A stretch of 64,000 nucleotides of DNA. Origin: Planctomycetota bacterium (lineage in GTDB: Bacteria; Planctomycetota; UBA11346). A program made the translations under genes and the position numbers. The stretch covers positions 3,975 through 67,974 of the forward strand of contig BJHQ01000002.1 of NCBI GenBank assembly GCA_014193115.1, in the 5' to 3' direction. This document shows, piece after piece, positions 61,055-64,000 of this stretch. Numbering within the stretch: position 1 is the first letter of the stretch; each line of letters starts with the position of its first letter. The notes beneath the pieces were generated by a model. It did no database searches and was not told the DNA's origin. It saw only the letters and a list, made by a program, of their open reading frames with translations.

Positions 61055-63817
61055 ATGTCCACCTTCCCGATCGACGACGTCCGCGACATCTTCAGCACGG
61101 ACATGCATGCCGTGCTGGAGATTCTGCGTGGTCAGGTCACGGCACTTGCGGCAAGCGACGTCCTGCGAGTGGCCGCCGCCGAGGCCGCGGAGCGATCGGC
61201 CTTGGCCGAGTCCGCCGAAGATGGTTGCCACACCATCACCGGCAGTGCGTCGCTGGTCGGGGCCAACGCCTTGGCCGGGGCCGCAGGCGATCTGCGCCAG
61301 ACCCTGTCGGCGATGCGAACCGCCTTGGCCGACCTGGCGGCGGCCGCGGACCGAGCCCAACGGCTGGGCACGGAAGCCTCGGCCCGGCTCACCGGTTTCG
61401 ATCGGCTGCTCGACCTGGAACTGGAGAAGCGCCGCGACGAGGCCGATGCGCTTGCCGCCAGCCTCAACCGGGCGGCGGAAGGCCAGGAGGAATCCTTCGC
61501 ATTCGCTGACGACCCGGAGCCGATGGTGGTGGTCGTCCCGGAAGGAGGCGATGCACTGGATCCGGCGGTGCTTGAGGCTTTCTCGGGCGAAGCGGCGGAA
61601 CTGCTCGATCTGATGGATCGGCAGGCCTTGCTGCTCGAAGGCGGCGACCAGACGGCGCTGGCCGAGGTGATGCGCGCCTATCACACCTTGAAAGGTGCAG
61701 CCAACACCGTCGGCCTGGACCGGGTCGGTGTCGTCGCCCACCGGGTCGAGGATCTGCTCGAATCGATTCCGGCCGGTCAGGTGGCTCCTGACCTGCCCAA
61801 TCGGCTCATCGCCGTGCAGCGGACGATCCGGCGCTGGCTGGCCCGCGGTGGCCATCCGAGCGCTGAGGAGCTGTCGGAGGCGTTGGCCCGGATCCAGGTC
61901 CGACCAGCTCAGGACCCTTCGTCGACCACCGTGCCCGAGGTCCGGCCCGAACCGGAAGGGAATCCGGCCAGCGATGGCGCCAACCCGGCTGAGCGGCGCT
62001 ACCTGCGGGTATCGGCCGATCATCTCGACGGTCTGATGCATCTCGCCGGCGAACTGGTCCAGGGGCGGTCCCGCCTGCTCTCGCGCACCGGGCGGATGGT
62101 CGAACTGCATCGCGACCTGCGCCTCAGCCGGGAACGCCTTGGTTCGGTCATCGGATCTTTCCGCGATCGCCATGAGTTCGGCGGCCTGGATGGGAAAGGG
62201 GGGCCTCCCGCCGCAGGCCGCGCCGATCCCATCGCGCATCGTTTCACCGAACTCGAGCTCGACCGATACGAGGATATCCACATCCTGTCCCGGGCCTTGG
62301 GCGAGGTCGGCAACGATGTGCACGAAATCCAACGGCAGATTTCCCAGGCGATTTCCGAAGTGGTCGAGGACGCCGAAGGCTTCGGCCGGGTCGTCGGCGG
62401 CATCCAGACCGGCATCACCCGGGCCCGCCTGGTGCCCGTCGCCCAGCTGTTCACCCGGCTGCACCTGACCGCACGCGATGCCGCGGCCCGCCTCGGCAAG
62501 GACGTGCAGGTGGTATCTTCGGGCGAGGAGGTCGCCCTGGACAAGGGAATCATCGACGGCATTCAGGCGGCGCTGTTCCACCTGGTGCGCAACGCCGTGG
62601 CCCACGGCATCGAAGCGGTGGATGCGCGGACGGCCGCAGGCAAGACGGCCCAGGGCGTCATCACGCTCAGCGCGCGAAGCGAAGCAGGCCAGATCCTGTT
62701 GTCGGTGCGCGATGACGGTGGCGGTCTGGATTTGCCTGCGCTCCATCGCCGGGGTGTCTCGCTGGGGCTGATCCCGCCTGCCACGCCGGTGGATTCGCCG
62801 ACGGTGCGCGATCTGGTGTTCATGCCTGGCTTGTCGACCACCGGCGCGGCAGATGCCGTCAGCGGACGTGGCGTCGGCTGCGATGCGGCTCGACGTGATA
62901 TCCAGCGCTTGGGCGGGGCACTCACCGTCACTTCGACACCGGGCTCGGGAACGGTCTTCACCGCCACGCTGCCGTTGACCTTGGCCATCACCCGGGCGCT
63001 GCTCCTGCGCCATGGCGACCAGGGCTATGCCGTGCCCATGACGTTCGTAGAGCATCTGCTTGATCTGGACAACGTCACAGTTTCGCGGAGCGGGGGCATC
63101 GAGCGCATCCCGTGGGGCGCCCAGCATCTCATCCTTCATGATTTGGGCGCGATCCTCGGCCTGCCGACCGGCACCCACCGACGATCCGGAGGTCCGGTCC
63201 TGATCCTGCACCTGGGTGATCAGCGTTGGGCGCTGCGGGTCGATGCGTTATCGACCCAGACCGACATCGTCGTCAGCAGCCTCGGTGAATTGCTCCAAGG
63301 GCACCCGCTGTTCTCCGGCGTCACCATCACCGGTGCCGGCGAGCTGGTGCCGATCCTCGATGTTGCCGGGCTGTTCACGGCCCAGCGAACCCAGGCATTC
63401 CGCGAACCGGTTCCGGCTTTCCTGCCTGTGGCCTCCGAACCTCGGCCAGCTGTCCGGGTGCTGGTGGCCGATGATTCGGTGTCGGTGCGCACAGTCATGG
63501 CGAACCAGCTGCGGGCGCTCGGGGCCGAGGCCATCCTCGCCGTGGATGGAGAAGATGCTTTGGACCGGTTGCGCCAGCGACCGGTGGACCTGGTGTTGAC
63601 CGACCTGGAAATGCCGAAAATGCACGGCTACGACCTGATCCGATCGATCCGTTCCAGTCCGGCCTGGAATGGGCTCCCGGTGGTGGTGGTCACCAGCCGG
63701 AGCGGAGACAAGCACCGCACCCTCGCCATGTCGGTCGGAGCCTCGGATTTCCTCAGCAAACCGTTCACGCAGGAGGCGCTCGGCGGAATTTTGGCCAAGT
63801 GGGTCAAGCGCCCGTGA
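61055..63817 (+). CDS. Hybrid CheA histidine kinase: two Hpt-like segments, dimerisation, HATPase, CheW and REC domains (ChpA/PixL position)
   Basis: The Hpt-like segments are CHTITGSASLVG and YHTLKGAANTVG. HLVRNAVAHGIE (N box), DDGGGLD and SGRGVGCD are present, followed by a CheW domain and the REC domain VLVADDS..LVLTDLEMPKMHG..LSKPF. Confidence 0.92.
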   Translation: MSTFPIDDVRDIFSTDMHAVLEILRGQVTALAASDVLRVAAAEAAERSALAESAEDGCHTITGSASLVGANALAGAAGDLRQTLSAMRTALADLAAAADRAQRLGTEASARLTGFDRLLDLELEKRRDEADALAASLNRAAEGQEESFAFADDPEPMVVVVPEGGDALDPAVLEAFSGEAAELLDLMDRQALLLEGGDQTALAEVMRAYHTLKGAANTVGLDRVGVVAHRVEDLLESIPAGQVAPDLPNRLIAVQRTIRRWLARGGHPSAEELSEALARIQVRPAQDPSSTTVPEVRPEPEGNPASDGANPAERRYLRVSADHLDGLMHLAGELVQGRSRLLSRTGRMVELHRDLRLSRERLGSVIGSFRDRHEFGGLDGKGGPPAAGRADPIAHRFTELELDRYEDIHILSRALGEVGNDVHEIQRQISQAISEVVEDAEGFGRVVGGIQTGITRARLVPVAQLFTRLHLTARDAAARLGKDVQVVSSGEEVALDKGIIDGIQAALFHLVRNAVAHGIEAVDARTAAGKTAQGVITLSARSEAGQILLSVRDDGGGLDLPALHRRGVSLGLIPPATPVDSPTVRDLVFMPGLSTTGAADAVSGRGVGCDAARRDIQRLGGALTVTSTPGSGTVFTATLPLTLAITRALLLRHGDQGYAVPMTFVEHLLDLDNVTVSRSGGIERIPWGAQHLILHDLGAILGLPTGTHRRSGGPVLILHLGDQRWALRVDALSTQTDIVVSSLGELLQGHPLFSGVTITGAGELVPILDVAGLFTAQRTQAFREPVPAFLPVASEPRPAVRVLVADDSVSVRTVMANQLRALGAEAILAVDGEDALDRLRQRPVDLVLTDLEMPKMHGYDLIRSIRSSPAWNGLPVVVVTSRSGDKHRTLAMSVGASDFLSKPFTQEALGGILAKWVKRP

Positions 63818-64000
63818 GCCAGGCCGGATCGGTGGATGCGGTCAGGGACGGTCACGGCGAGCCGGGGCAGGTGCTGCTCGTGATGTGCCGGCCATGGCTG
63901 GTCGCCTTGCCCGTGAGCGACGTCGTCCGGGTGATGGCGGCGGACGCGGGCAACGCCGTCGGCAGCCAGCTGACCATCGGCGGTGAATCGTGGAAAACAG
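63814..64000 (+). CDS. CheW-like ORF, 5' part (runs off window; ChpC position)
   Basis: The GTG start overlaps the cheA stop (GTGA). There are 62 stop-free codons with high GC3. VLLVMCRPWLVALPVSDVVRVM is CheW-like. This ORF is not in the supplied track because no stop codon is in view. Confidence 0.45.
   Translation, partial: MSQAGSVDAVRDGHGEPGQVLLVMCRPWLVALPVSDVVRVMAADAGNAVGSQLTIGGESWKT

Noticed and set aside
61046-63211. A 721-aa ORF lies on the minus strand.
   Set aside because: It is antisense to the hybrid cheA gene, which has canonical Hpt, N, G1 and G2 boxes. It is a shadow ORF.
1-64000. I searched by eye for tRNA, rRNA, transposase, integrase, phage or toxin-antitoxin genes and for CRISPR arrays.
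   Set aside because: I recognised none. Intergenic regions are short except those listed in the findings, and none shows cloverleaf-type structure or IS-like terminal repeats flanking an ORF. This is visual inspection only; tRNAscan-SE, Infernal and ISfinder would be needed to be sure.

Overview
This is a 64 kb, visibly GC-rich stretch of bacterial chromosome. True genes show strongly G/C-biased third codon positions, and every frame carries long spurious antisense ORFs. I call about 50 protein-coding genes. I see no rRNA, tRNA, CRISPR array, transposase, integrase or prophage genes.

The content is mostly housekeeping or accessory metabolism of a diderm bacterium:
- Lipid A genes: lpxA, an LpxH-like gene and an LpxL-like gene.
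- Amino-acid and nitrogen metabolism: leuCD plus a class IV aminotransferase, and gltBD (GOGAT).
- One-carbon, cofactor and sulfur metabolism: folE2, queG, thiS, cysH and cobU.
- RNA-related genes: truD and rtcA.
- A Kef-type antiporter and a NupC transporter.

Items worth a second look:
1. An archaeal-type NrpR-like regulator sits directly upstream of gltBD. A perfect 25-bp palindrome lies at its start.
2. A single ORF fuses FolD, a homocysteine S-methyltransferase domain and an MTHFR-like domain. It sits behind a roughly 400-bp AT-richer leader.
3. A 343-nt non-coding leader precedes folE2. It contains mutually exclusive helices and a hairpin that touches the Shine-Dalgarno sequence.
4. An nrtR-pncA NAD-salvage operon has a textbook operator-in-promoter layout. 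A compositionally foreign ADP-ribosylglycohydrolase gene is appended to it.
5. A dispersed REP/BIME-like palindromic repeat occurs at two intergenic loci.
6. A Pil-Chp/Pix-type chemosensory operon (55.0-64.0 kb) has an unusual three-gene front end and no CheB/CheR in view.
7. Several odd domain fusions are present: FHA plus an RsbW-like kinase, a 1113-aa DUF4388/PEGA/beta-propeller protein, and a membrane-anchored degenerate AAA+ protein.

All family assignments were made by eye from motifs in the supplied translations. No database search was possible. Start codons were chosen from RBS context, conservation and codon bias, and are approximate.
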